From Candidatus Omnitrophica bacterium UBA6253 (GTDB taxonomy: Bacteria > Omnitrophota > Gorgyraeia > Gygaellales > Profunditerraquicolaceae): 64,000 bases of DNA. Of this stretch, positions 61,301 through 64,000 are shown piece after piece (positions within the stretch are counted from its first letter, which is position 1; each line of letters begins with the position of its first letter). The stretch lies in NCBI GenBank assembly GCA_002441245.1, contig DJVP01000005.1, positions 66,303 to 130,302 on the forward strand. The letters are read 5' to 3'. The notes under the pieces are model-generated. The model had not been told where the DNA came from, did no database searches, and saw nothing but the letters and a program-made list of their open reading frames with translations. A program made the position numbers and the translations under genes.

Positions 61301-64000
61301 TTAAGGATTGATTTTGACACTAGTTATGAACTTGTCAGCCCGGGAGCAGTGGTTATGAGCAGTACTACTCCATGCGATATTACTTTAAGAGGATCAGGCT
61401 ATTTATTGATTAAATTTCCATCTTCCGGATTGAGTGCCGGAGTAGAACAGTCGATAGAGATAGCTAATGTGGTAAACCCGCCGAATGTTAAGGATCTTTC
61501 GTTTACCCTCATGACTAAGGATACTTCTTTGTATGATATTGATACTGCAAACGTAACCGGCCTTAGTACTACTGCCGGCAGTCTTACCAGCGCAACTTTG
61601 AGCGCAACTACTTATGTTGTTTCAGAGTATGCTACATATATGGCTTATTTTACAACTGCTAACCCTATAGCAGCCGGCGGAAAGGTTGAGATAACTTTTG
61701 ATACTGATTATAATTTGTCATCAGTTGAGTCTACAGATGTATCCGGTAACGCTAGTTCAACAGTAGCGGTAAGCGGTAGCAAGTTAATTGTAACTATCGG
61801 TACGGCTGTTGCCAAAAATACCCAGGTTTATTTGTCCATAGCAAATATCAAAAACCCCGTATACGTGCAGGCTACTGATTCATTTTTAATCCAGACCAAA
61901 ACCGCAAGCGGGGCTATTATTGACACAGTAACCGTGACATCTTTAAATATAGTAACCGGTTCATTAAGCGGCCTGTCTGTAACTGCTGTATCCAAGAAAA
62001 TATCAGATATTACGTCTTATACGTTTAATTTTACGGTACAACATGTCGTTCCCGCGGATGGCTTTATAAGGATCCAATTTGATAGTAATTATTCGTTAGG
62101 AAGCGCTTATCTTGATACGGCCAGTTTCTACAGTTTGCAAAAGGGGAGCGATTACCTGAAGTTTAAGACAGTCTCGCAGATAAATGCCGGCCAATCAGTG
62201 AGTATTCCTATAAGCATGATTGCTAACCCGTCCTATGTGTATACTGTAAGCAATTTCCAGGTAAAAACTTTAACTGCTGTTACGGAGACCCAGCAGATAA
62301 TGGATTCAGGCGTTATTGCCGGTGTTACTTTGACTGCAGGAACCCTGTCCAATATTTCTGTAACACCGGAATCCACAGAGGTAAGCGCACTGACGAGCTA
62401 TACCTTTAATTTCAAGACAGAGAACAGTATTGCTGCCGGTACCGGTAAAGTGGTAATTAACCTTGATAGTGATTATGATTTAAGTGCTGTACAATTAGAT
62501 GATGTGTCGGGAAATGATAATTCGATAGTATCGGTAAGCGGCAATAATTTGGTTGTGACACTGGGCACGGCGGTAGGTTCATCTACGAGTGTCTCCCTGA
62601 TAATCTCCCATATTAAGAATCCTCCTTATGTCCAGACTACAAATAATATAACAATTACCAGCAAGGTTCAGATAAGTACGGTAGATTATGACAAGGATAG
62701 CGGTATTCTCACTCCTGGCCCTGTGATAACCTCGGGCAGCTTTGCCAATGTATCTATAAGCGCTACTTCGCAGGTGGCCGGTGAAGAATCTATTTATACT
62801 TTTGGATTTGCCCCAGCCCATGATGTGGCAGCCGGAGGGCTTCTCTATATTGTGTTTGAATCCGGATACGATGCATCTGGCGCCTATATTACTGGTTCAA
62901 CAGGGACAGGAGTATACGCTGTTTCAAGCTTAACTGCTAATTTGGTGACTTTGAATGTTGCTGCAGCTTTAAACGCGACAGAGGTTCAGACTATTAGTTT
63001 AGGCGGCATAGTTAATCCAGCATTTGTAAAAGATGTTTCCTGCACGATTAAAAGTGCCAATGCCTCTTCTGGCATAATAGATGAAGGCGATACTCCTTTA
63101 TTTAGCATAACACCTGCTCCGCTGGCCGTTTTATCTATAGGCGGATCTTCTTATGTTGCCAGGGATTTGACATCATATACTATTGCCTTTACGAGTATTA
63201 ACCCTATTGACCAGGGCGGAAAGGTAGAGGTTGAGTTTGACGCGGACTACGATTTAACCGCTATCCAGTCGAATAATGTTTCGGGCAATACAGGCTCAAC
63301 AGTAGCCGTAAGCGGCAATACCTTAATTATAACCCTGGGTACGGCAGTTTCTGCCGGAGGGTCGGCTTCCCTGACTGTCTCTAATATTAAAAACCCGGGT
63401 GTCCAAACAACCAGTAATTTTAATCTTATAACCAGGAATTCAAGCGGCAATCAGCTGGATTATGGTTTGGTTGCAGGAAAAAATATTACCGCCGGAACAT
63501 TATCGGGCCTTTTGGCAACTCCCGGCACGGCAGAGATTAGCGAAAGCACTACCTATAATTTTGGTTTTACTTTAGGGCATGATGTGCCTACCAATGGTTA
63601 TATAAGGATACAATTTGATGACAATTATACCTTGACCAACGCCACGGTAGTAACCAGCGGGTATTCTTTAACTAAGGGTGCCAATTATGTTTTACTTAAG
63701 AGGACGGGTTCGGCATTAACAGGCGCAATCTCCATACAGCTTAACACTATTGTTAATCCGGCTTTCGTATCCAGTACCCTTGCGGGATTTTCCATTCAGA
63801 CACAGTTGTCTAATAATCAGGTAATTGATACGGGTATCGCAGCAGCAGTCACTACAACAGCAGGTGCCTTATCAGCTACATCAGTTATACCCACTTCTTT
63901 GGGTGTAAGCACCCTGGCTGATTATACATTTAATTTCACTACGGATCATGCCGTGCTAGGAGGCGGCAAGGTCATTATTACCCTTGATTCTGATTATGAT
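40379..64000 (+). CDS. Giant secreted multidomain surface protein. The gene is 3'-incomplete: there is no stop codon from 40364 to the window end, giving at least 7,874 codons. The start is a probable GTG at 40379, two nt after the upstream stop, with RBS AGGGGAGGA.
   Basis: The +2 frame was translated by eye across the whole span and spot-checked at 49382, 53822, 57002, 60002 and 63902; all checks fit the domain repeats and no stop was met. N-terminal signal peptide NLKNIGIYLAILAAAICLPG. Domains are listed separately below. The ORF track omits it because it has no in-window stop. Confidence 0.85.
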   Translation, partial: MSGRNLKNIGIYLAILAAAICLPGDRLNSADALYTFTQSTWSAGQSSASAVHPTNQSSWDSYYSKDDYATTTETDGYLTLAPDTATLTDTTDVDFDKGEMEKVVVDGTGNDALLQVTPSVADPFASTLGEWLTLPAQPRPDRFTVFCRAGTVVYCLFATGDGRQFGKFIPATGKWVMLAPLPAPAAAGCCIAWDGEAVFALRGEGSKQVYKYTPSTDTWAVFTSLSKGVEYGAAICATGIISTKVGKLFVLLGGNTTDFLCFDPTIGTSGVWKGASSAPATVEAGGRLVYPGSGNYIYACRGQSTSTIWQYSISADAWDTTTPDLPVPTESTAGYEARMWSASNMFWPGTGDYIYAAMTYYCYNKSNITNYQTFWRLGPLSGTPAWERLADCPRYTDNKGFILYDPDGAGTEIQLLSGNNYTNPWHYNIAKNRWKELTQPLWNSSSWGRDIYWVKNHTHSDIVLGSDGFDYICILDHTSSNQTKPVTGASWETYWRRLNPYDTKSWATGTVYAEGDIITGTDSLDYRCIRRHLSADTNKPITGASYSTYWQTPAVTTRGSAWINAKAYVSGPYDDYLYWWGGYYNYNFWRYKISTDTWERLADLPWSGSYSGANMTDIGDGYLYFHRGNNGYNFARYNMSTDVWETLTDSPNSAGFVYGFGVIGVISKADRVLGSDGLGYICKKRHVSSTLNKPISGANWAKYWELNGSTTDCVTWVESKDYGPGLENIKPSIVVGTDGNDYRCIKNHISATSSCPITGTTSTWQTYWVATGTTGQGDTWASGTMYNSRTGTVGHYKFIFGFPGYSTSYWYRYDPIDNTWLTCENVITSIYGGEATWTGLNAPDKGRYIYLERGHGGTYFYRYDIEMDGWVRKTDSFIPTYYHYSAGGLANDGSSQYIYHLSGYHETPYDYRLERYDTSTDSWSEFASLPFCSIYRAVCQTPDAIWASPYYGNDQLMKYDLTKPTHNQPGIWEERVYDTCYSSYADGNIAVDSNGYNYMIFGDMYYYTNSNIWIFDTNAKQSKIVGSDGADYDCILSHTSSADNYPTTGANWTTYWQTSRSTGKGVIWTDSTGYYCSKHANRWSGLIRAPFYLGPGTKGQYMANENSIYFLEGKNTKYVWQYDITNDRWLRAKDTLTVVNRGSELTGGCGVNISGHESPRDVLFCLGGNGATQFNLYFVEPGYDYWTSYLSALDGHSYRGTNSMTYSSYDNRVYKLRTEITSTCYVYNPEQDTWGTINPVGTGGSSGTTYTCDESAVLYYPNDGQKYVYCMTGDGNYSLLRYDIDNLTWEELEPPPAVISSYGSAMSSVGNDYIYIFNATQMDYLFRYHKTENEYDIPAYLPVALDEGGVICGYKGNIYYLCGDSGAFYRFNIGQKKWGVLATCPSTMPNEDPCMKAVEYEGDVSIYVTGGQGTQTFYRYSVANDAWETLEPPSYSWGWGNAIEHVYGSRYIYAMRGGAVSFWKYDIANNDWDTLADLPTTVGRGGALTYPDKGNYLYALSGNRSSNFYRYNYTTDTWTTLNPCMVKILDSHSELIYPGFGNYLYVLHGSSWGDSYESYTYMRYEIKSDGTGTWSELAPASFGVDHPGSMIWPGGEYYYATKGNGRLELAMYYAFCYGTYISGIKPVGAHSGWGNVSWTFNDTQAAEVSFRSGNKTDLSDALSWDLCSDIVNGADLSTASSISAQDVYIQYKIGFSTDNLLQLPKISDVNINYEFYPLKQEVVSSPYNTSFATNRLVKFEWADQQLTGTDVRFKIRTGADLASLLTASWYGPAGTTIEQFTFNDKEDYVANSEVFFTGSSIKLYKKLADFTYSETLYVDNTGGAAKTDSVVSIIISSTNNHFWNHIKSDGADMRFHDGTQELSYYLVSFDSVNKVAEINVHFPSIGANSIKTFYMVYGSEDALSASDATYVSKPGDGLVGYWKFDEGAGLMAYDSSGNGNTGALYPTTKNMPTWDSNGKYGSCIYFDGIDDYVRVTVPDLGTDYTMAFWGTIDEVPIASNSWQAAMGSQTSYPVVWLNPNNWMYHYWYDSKNASHGDNFSYHTKRDEVWRHYVVIHDALGYRAYTDAALNRDYRSFIYTSRDVPSMQWDFGRYFNSTSYNWKGKLDEIVLYNKALTGIEVGYLYQGISRDFTYGVTFGSNETDATCASLVSGGWQKKIPVQVTNAGGLKSNAIIRIDLGKWYEFWAHVKSDGSDIRVVDSDDSTVLSYYIPEWDYANKKGFVLAKTASLAASSTKTVYIYYGNSSAVSAADSSSFMGLEEGFNSCNQVAGDSTALSGWLYKIPLMLKNDSGAPQGQALVVGTDGKDYKCIKSHSSTTFDKPNVGANWATYWQDNSTTGKGVTWATGIAYSSSPAVVRVDMEDSWDNFWANVNSDGSDVRIVASDNETVMTYFLDFFDADLKQGSFLVSVPFINTAAEQKYWLYYGKSDATSLSTNSFLNPLKQVSSTPTQVSRSGATFNPDWQYKMDFTVSNVSTDPDNVVNRCVNIQIPSTWTSFWSNVRSDGGDIRFYDENVTSGDPTYLYYDIDYFDYDKKTASIDVRIQSQNTVPITTWPRTISLYYGNPLVLTDFNNIYNAYDLYMYSAVDETRFTAGGAATSDKSPIINQGYVTLYNNSDAWDSYIKWNGTAFARTAGRTFQAKIYPSYNAQVMIGWKDNEIGVSYSNLIYGIYFNNGSMYIYEDGSNVYSCGTYIRDTWYDIRIELKVMGALYYYKKSEDVDWTLLYTSTYSTESNLRPHIVNDRRDYFTRTTDWKVFLNMTYDVTVGLGDIIKGITNTFSLNEYYQDNPVIQPLGGVFYDSNLASIVETSTVPAGSGLKHQISPDAWNWYWYNSTAISKVVGTDNKDYKCILSHTSSDSTKPITGALYETYWQDNSTTGTGSVWASGTAYNSISTGWNLATAGYTQANTGAEINTNLASFQTLFPSGSLNFRTYLHSNDGTYTPELDNIAVALNASETFYTAKDGADAINALNCDIANDQWVQYKAILYSDGRNTPTVSSVTLTYTDAWLNITAPNGGESWLEGTAHNITWTSQGIDAGASNVKLEYSPDNEATWKTIIASTPNTGTYTWTLPNDPGLLTKVRITSIEYPNVVDKSNTTFRLMGAEITSPNGGNIWELGRSHAITWNSGGTLGSSTLKFEYSIDGGSTWVSPEIASGQTDDGDLTWNITTSTSYASDNVKVRMTDTDNTQVDDSSDAVFALVPQPAITFTYPLGAEQLKVGAQCNITWTTNSQQFGSQFDLYYSKDGFTTETYIATVSSGAPASPLTPNTDLSCSYAWTVPDDLSDNVTIRVREVSVPTGRDTTTKVSKVSSIFEIVDPKITLTSPNGGELWVKEETNNITWTSEGTIHSGSLALQYSMDGGSNWITITGFDGINDGLFAWTIPTDAVSDLCKVKIKDTARTTVSDVSDNTFKIIPSATIEVRSPNGGEIWTIGDTYTITWAVAGQITGHDVTIEYSKDNFVNDINLIKSSTPNDGSETWVGVPNDPSADVKIRITSIQDPTITDISDAVFTICTSGITVISPNGGELWEVRNASDATQTIHNIKWVSGSGVPDGTTDIVLKMSTNSGSSYDTTIATGRAKTGLYPWSVPDSVSSQVRVKAYSFGTPTKTDESNADFSIVPVPKMTITSPLSTGLTVWKVGASYNITWTKVGNLSSTVDLYYSINGSTPTTVIAKGVSNSGTYSWRVPNVGLTSLAKVKVIESTIPVRDTIKKIESTSSVFTIVDPTLTITSPNGAASINDAEAWVQSEQNYITWTPDGLVSNGLLIEYSRDSGSSPTRYTIYDGIVPGTGLTPGSNYARAVTINNTASALSLENYQVKFTLDTSSLISAKMRADGYDIMFADEDEVCPYWIEPGTINTTQTKIWVKVPQIPAGATKKIYMYYGNPNATVNQNFDNTFIKNVINDDIAGYWHFDEGAGTVAYDASGTGRDLSVVGATWHTADGGRWSTQKSVSFNTGSCLIFDGNDYAGYSDNIITDPQKFSVEAWIYPTDVTTEGYIVQKTGDTSSYSLKIAAGGSLQFCIYDATNTPQIASGNEALSAGIPYHIAGTYDSTDGLVKLYIDGALQVSTATATEINTTSAPFKIGDTFKGRIDEVSIYNKALSLAEITAHFERRQYASTAPATPVVAAEEPINKYLWTIPSDPADLSQYVKVYITDRNTVVGGSTISDASDNYFSIISYPRVIIKQPNGGEVLTTADSYDITWRYDGNIGKDTDYMTLDYSIDGGTNWVTPAINDYVLNRNGTFTWLSIPDAPSSDVRVRIRHNSDPLVVDVSDASFKIQGKLILPSVDHLPQFTEVQGGSTEYIYWDTVGTINQVILQYSKDGFVSDVHTIVEGLANSGSYLWTVPRDCSESVELRVINYVDADVYDVSEVFTIKGLTLTSPNGSENWAIATVHNITWSSVSLQSSNVKLEYSVDNGTTWDEIIASTPNTGSYSWTIPNNGVSDGEALVRVSDASLSGVWDISNANFTITAGALSGITIQPVSNIARSTTNYNIDFTVQSPIPADGDVEIVFDADYNISAAAVSLPTDGTSIVSKLNNCLVINLATAIDEGTQSVYQYRRLINLSSATTIANYQVQVDLTAADFDYGHAKSDGGDIRFYDTAMNTLDYWIETWVSGGTSKIWVKIPNIGTTSFYIYYGKADAITTSSIDATMDAGLRFKYYDGIAFADPSLGNAIDTDINHDWGSDVVSINGVGTDSDTLSIRWEGWVKNKGSGTHNFYTTTDDGARLYVNDTLVINHFIDQAETEYVAAVSLSSVVPIKFEYYENTGSAVAQLGWAPADSTGKVYPIPSTYLYCHKYSASAPTLTMDDETAVPAGKAVSLVISGIKNPAAQITDSFFIETQDAEDRAMDRGTTDGLTIVPGTISPTVTSGSLKVSTLTSYGFIFTPAHTVEAGGKVVIGFDADYDLSAVGASNITGNTGATLSVDNSAKIITVNLGSGITSTATLTIANIKNPPYVQTTQAFSVATKTAALNTIDQGVAAGVGITAGTLSSLSVSAASLEVSAVTDYNFGFTTEHALAAGHKVSIQFDPDYDLTGVGVSSVGGNSGSTVSVNGNILTVTLGESIPATTAEVLTINNIKNPSYVQTVNNFSIISKDPNEEIIDQATISGVTTVAGNFNATVSISNVSSDKTGATLVQYTFNFTPIHSVAAGGTVRIDFDADYNTSSASLISPSSDYTINSRGSNYVILNLVNALETGVAEAIRLGNITNPAYVQSVTFSISTYNASGRVDSGTSPNFSILASVLVNCSVTPSSYIATETSTNYIAFAPVNPLSIGDLVEITFDSDYVLTSAVFSSGNSGATLSISSNKLIVTLGTAIESLTPATFAISGIKNPGAQVTDYYSIVTKKSTGEIRDENSQVAKNTIVTGTLTSLSVSSSTTEVSERIEATPYLSFNFTLAHELPVGGYVKIYFDPDYVFQVDTFCVTNDYNLSKDDTNKIISLQRTSSAVQTGATTIQLANIKNPPYVQTTGNFLIRTELSNQTAIDVGSASGIGITAGALTGITLTADSAIVSEFTTYALDFTSDHAVEAGGKISVAFDTDYEFKLSGRYACVVSMVDSSLTIIDISTSAGPTLVSEISDGTGGFTKLAGVKSVYVSGNYVYAVSSIDSSLTIIDISTPASPVLVSEISDGTGGFTKLDGAQSVYVSGNYAYVAASTDNALTIIDISTPASPVLVSEISDGTGGFTKLGGAKSVYVSGNYAYVAASTDNALTIIDISTPASPVLKSEVYDGDGEFSRLAGIESVYVSGNYAYVSSSTDSSLTIMDISDPANPVLKSEVYDEDGQFTKLGGAYSTYVSGNYAFVASATDSSLTIMDISDPVNPVLKSEVYNGDGQFTKIGAPLAVFIYGDQVVFGNNAGATVASSGNLLNITLGTAVGSNQAVSLELDNIRNPYYVQTPEVFQVQTKNSAGGVIDQNLSVASTSIVKGSFTGLSVAAVDREISKSDNYTFTLTYSHPVPKDGYLKIEFDTDYDLSSAYLVSPTDRYTYLWNTGWTYIELKLKEGVIANTTDTIVLGSVKNPSFVQQTSEHQITSLSTDATGNAIIDQSTLTGLVIIGGKLTGVSVNTTNNIVTETSNYTINLTTKNPMSLNPSIKVRFDADYNISGATFVSGTVDGAAMVTQATPLTIDAVNNIVTLGLAMDITNSTAVISFTLSGIVNPKYEQAVEFDITTQYGGNDIDITDPAAKPVVSISAGAITAASVSPVTTEVSESGNYTFNFTLPHVLYTGGFLRIQFDADYNLTNTNCQTSGYSLSKGADYISLQRTGAQLTGSQSLVLGNVKNPSYIQTTGNFVMRTEDSAHNKIDGAEIAGVTTTTGTLTALSLTPTDSTVANTTSYIIAFTTDHAIVQNGKVEVTFDSDYTLTGVGANDVSGNANSTVAVSGNKMIITLGTAVAAATPVSLQVSNIVNPTYVKTTNSFAFETKDATAGLLDQGTASGITTVAGTFTGVSVSSNYYTTGKSDVSYTFNFTYAHDVPLDGFLRIDFDTDYDTSAVAVAHADYTKQEAGANYVVLKLLAAKAKGTVESVVLSNIKNPGYAQTVTFNIKSMNTAGSVIDIVTTPSLGIVPASLTALTRGSNSYIATETATYTVNFTTFNAIPAGGKVEIAFDSDYVLTGVGANDVSGNTGSTVAVSGSTLIVTIGTEIPASTAESLSIANIKNPGAQTTGSFSLLTKNASGYSLDQGTITGVTITTGSLSALTTTPVHTEVSYSTNYTFGFTVGHTVPVGGFIKVQFDSEYDLSSAYVVGDYTISKGANYVSLQRNVSALTGAITVELRNIKNPSYVQTTDTFIITTELSNHDSIDVGNAPAITTTAGTLTSTSIVPATTIVAEPTSYTLNFTTDHAIGQYGMVEVSFDSSCDISLVFPGDVSGNDGSTVAVSGNKLIITLGTALDAGVSEELVISNITNPTYVKTTDTFFVQTKNPTGGVIDEVTAASITTITGALGSPSVTPASLVSGATTSYAFVFTPAHAVPLNGYLRIDFDTSYELVSPGAVVMSSTTPCDITLRGSGYLLIKFPSSGLSAGVEQSIEIANVVNPPNVKDLSFTLMTKDTSLYDIDTANVTGLSTTAGSLTSATLSATTYVVSEYATYMAYFTTANPIAAGGKVEITFDTDYNLSSVESTDVSGNASSTVAVSGSKLIVTIGTAVAKNTQVYLSIANIKNPVYVQATDSFLIQTKTASGAIIDTVTVTSLNIVTGSLSGLSVTAVSKKISDITSYTFNFTVQHVVPADGFIRIQFDSNYSLGSAYLDTASFYSLQKGSDYLKFKTVSQINAGQSVSIPISMIANPSYVYTVSNFQVKTLTAVTETQQIMDSGVIAGVTLTAGTLSNISVTPESTEVSALTSYTFNFKTENSIAAGTGKVVINLDSDYDLSAVQLDDVSGNDNSIVSVSGNNLVVTLGTAVGSSTSVSLIISHIKNPPYVQTTNNITITSKVQISTVDYDKDSGILTPGPVITSGSFANVSISATSQVAGEESIYTFGFAPAHDVAAGGLLYIVFESGYDASGAYITGSTGTGVYAVSSLTANLVTLNVAAALNATEVQTISLGGIVNPAFVKDVSCTIKSANASSGIIDEGDTPLFSITPAPLAVLSIGGSSYVARDLTSYTIAFTSINPIDQGGKVEVEFDADYDLTAIQSNNVSGNTGSTVAVSGNTLIITLGTAVSAGGSASLTVSNIKNPGVQTTSNFNLITRNSSGNQLDYGLVAGKNITAGTLSGLLATPGTAEISESTTYNFGFTLGHDVPTNGYIRIQFDDNYTLTNATVVTSGYSLTKGANYVLLKRTGSALTGAISIQLNTIVNPAFVSSTLAGFSIQTQLSNNQVIDTGIAAAVTTTAGALSATSVIPTSLGVSTLADYTFNFTTDHAVLGGGKVIITLDSDYD
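40900..45200 (+). other. Region of about 16 Kelch-type beta-propeller blades with five interspersed CBM5/12-like (ChtBD3-like) modules.
   Basis: Blade motifs such as YIYACRGQSTSTIWQYSISADAWDT, LYFHRGNNGYNFARYNMSTDVWETLTDSP, IYAMRGGAVSFWKYDIANNDWDTLADLP. CBM5/12-like modules, e.g. LGSDGFDYICILDHTSSNQTKPVTGASWETYW at about 41767-41875 and VVGTDGNDYRCIKNHISATSSCPITGTTSTWQTYW at about 42580-42690. The other three are at about 41935, 42395 and 43450. Confidence 0.6.
45860..48700 (+). other. Four DUF2341 modules and two LamG-like (concanavalin-A-like lectin) jelly-roll domains, with two more CBM5/12-like modules at about 47270-47410 and 48890-49035.
   Basis: DUF2341-like segments: FWNHIKSDGADMRFHDGTQELSYYLVSFDSVNKVAEINVHFP...FYMVYG; WAHVKSDGSDIRVVD...VYIYYGNS; FWANVNSDGSDVRIV...YWLYYGKS; FWSNVRSDGGDIRFYD...ISLYYGNP. 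LamG: LVGYWKFDEGAGLMAYDSSGNGNTGAL...CIYFDGIDDYVRV...KGKLDEIVLYNKALT. Confidence 0.6.
49390..51690 (+). repeat. Eight tandem Ig-like domains of about 100 aa, Kre9/KNH-like, with a period of about 295-310 nt.
   Basis: Each unit follows I[TS]SPNGGE.W..G....ITW[TN]..G.....V.LEYS.DGG.TW..I......G.Y.WT.P.......V[RK]. Units begin near 49399, 49693, 49990, 50338, 50641, 50935, 51250 and 51556. Confidence 0.65.
51780..52710 (+). other. A DUF2341 module followed by a LamG-like domain.
   Basis: MRADGYDIMFADEDEVCPYWIEPGTINTTQTKIWVKVPQI...IYMYYGNPNA, then IAGYWHFDEGAGTVAYDASGTGRDLSVVGATW...LIFDGNDYAGYSD...GRIDEVSIYNKALSLAEI. Confidence 0.6.
52905..53770 (+). repeat. Three more Kre9/KNH-like Ig-like domains.
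   Basis: IKQPNGGEVLTTADSYDITWRYDG...LDYSIDGGTNWVT...; ...YIYWDTVGTINQVILQYSKDGF...GSYLWTVP; LTSPNGSENWAIATVHNITWSS...VKLEYSVDNGTTWDEIIASTPNTGSYSWTIP. Confidence 0.6.
54050..54720 (+). other. A DUF2341 module (about 54050-54310) followed by a PA14 domain (about 54340-54720).
   Basis: DUF2341: DFDYGHAKSDGGDIRFYDTAMNTLDYWIETWVSGGTSKIWVKIPNIGTTSFYIYYG. PA14: FKYYDGIAF...SIRWEGWVKNKGSGTHNFYTTTDDGARLYVNDTLVINHF...VPIKFEYYENTGSAVAQLGWAP. Confidence 0.65.
54740..64000 (+). repeat. Array of at least 27 tandem domains of about 105-110 aa (period about 320-340 nt), of unassigned beta-sandwich/Ig-like type. It continues past the window end.
   Basis: Recurring unit: ...G.L..LSV.......VS....Y.F.FT..H.V..GG.V.I.FD.DYDL......V.GN.GSTV.VSGN.L..TLGT.......L.I.NIKNP.YVQTT..F...T.......ID.G... 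The [IV]KNP[SP]YVQTT motif recurs about every 330 nt, e.g. near 55218, 55600, 56757, 58030, 59210, 60705 and 62615. Confidence 0.65.
57030..57900 (+). repeat. Five to six LVIVD-type beta-propeller repeats. They are encoded by near-identical direct repeats of about 180 nt inside the giant gene.
   Basis: Protein units YVSGNYAYVAASTDNALTIIDISTPASPVLVSEISDGTGGFTKLGGAKSV repeat. At nucleotide level 57361-57540 is essentially identical to 57181-57360 (ATATATCTACTCCTGCCAGCCCGGTGCTTGTCTCTGAAATCTCGGATGGGACAGGAGGATTTACTAAATTAG...). The flanking copies are more diverged. Confidence 0.7.

Noticed and set aside
40579-63450. About 30 ORFs of 60-190 aa on the minus strand and some + strand off-frame ORFs in the track (e.g. 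40579..41148 -, 42572..43078 -, 47246..47632 -, 58595..59038 -, 56571..56795 +).
   Set aside because: All lie inside the continuous + strand giant ORF. They are shadow ORFs in alternative frames, with no RBS or family resemblance.
54740-64000. Regular ~330-nt periodic repeats. A CRISPR array or non-coding satellite was considered.
   Set aside because: The period is far too long, units are not separated by unique spacers, and the whole region maintains one open reading frame with conserved amino-acid blocks. These are coding domain repeats.

Overview
The window is AT-rich (roughly 40% GC), genes are densely packed and nearly all lie on the + strand. It looks like an uncultivated anaerobe, possibly Omnitrophota-like; that lineage guess is inference only. 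The blocks, in order:

1. 1-7.3 kb: the 3' end of a GT2 glycosyltransferase, then a YbhGFSR-like efflux operon (TolC-like outer-membrane protein, HlyD adaptor, two ABC ATPases, two ABC-2 permeases).
2. 7.3-9.0 kb: three secreted or membrane hypothetical proteins.
3. 9.1-12.9 kb: an unusual arsenic-resistance cluster with no ArsR or ArsC. It runs from a sigma70 promoter with a perfect 20-bp palindromic operator into a DUF134 regulator, a 49-aa cysteine-rich micro-ORF missing from the ORF track, ArsP (TPFCSCSSIP motif), a periplasmic CxxC thioredoxin-like protein, a CcdA/DsbD-like membrane protein and Acr3.
4. 13-14.6 kb: cstA.
5. 14.7-21.9 kb: a signalling locus. It holds a PAS-only sensor with no output domain, a Cache-type sensor kinase with 8 TM helices, and three tandem receiver-only response regulators.
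6. 22.1-31.7 kb: a complete MoxR/DUF58/BatA-E aerotolerance operon.
7. 31.9-37.2 kb: a short MerR-like HTH gene followed by an MSHA/T2SS-like secretin module (ExeA-like ATPase, GspC/PilP-like protein, secretin, TPR coiled-coil protein, two small membrane coiled-coil proteins).
8. 37.3-40.4 kb: a second, roughly 84% identical MerR-like paralog with a conserved promoter and 5'UTR, a promoter-to-terminator RNA element, a protein fusing a degenerate IS200-like HUH domain to a TM helix and coiled coil, and three small secreted proteins.
9. 40,379 to the window end: a single uninterrupted + strand ORF, at least 23.6 kb and 7,874 codons, still open at position 64,000. The ORF track omits it because it has no in-window stop. 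It encodes a giant secreted multidomain protein containing Kelch-type beta-propellers, CBM5/12-like inserts, DUF2341 and LamG modules, PA14, about 11 Kre9/KNH-like Ig domains, LVIVD repeats, and more than 30 tandem ~105-aa domains.

All minus-strand track ORFs in that last region are shadow ORFs.
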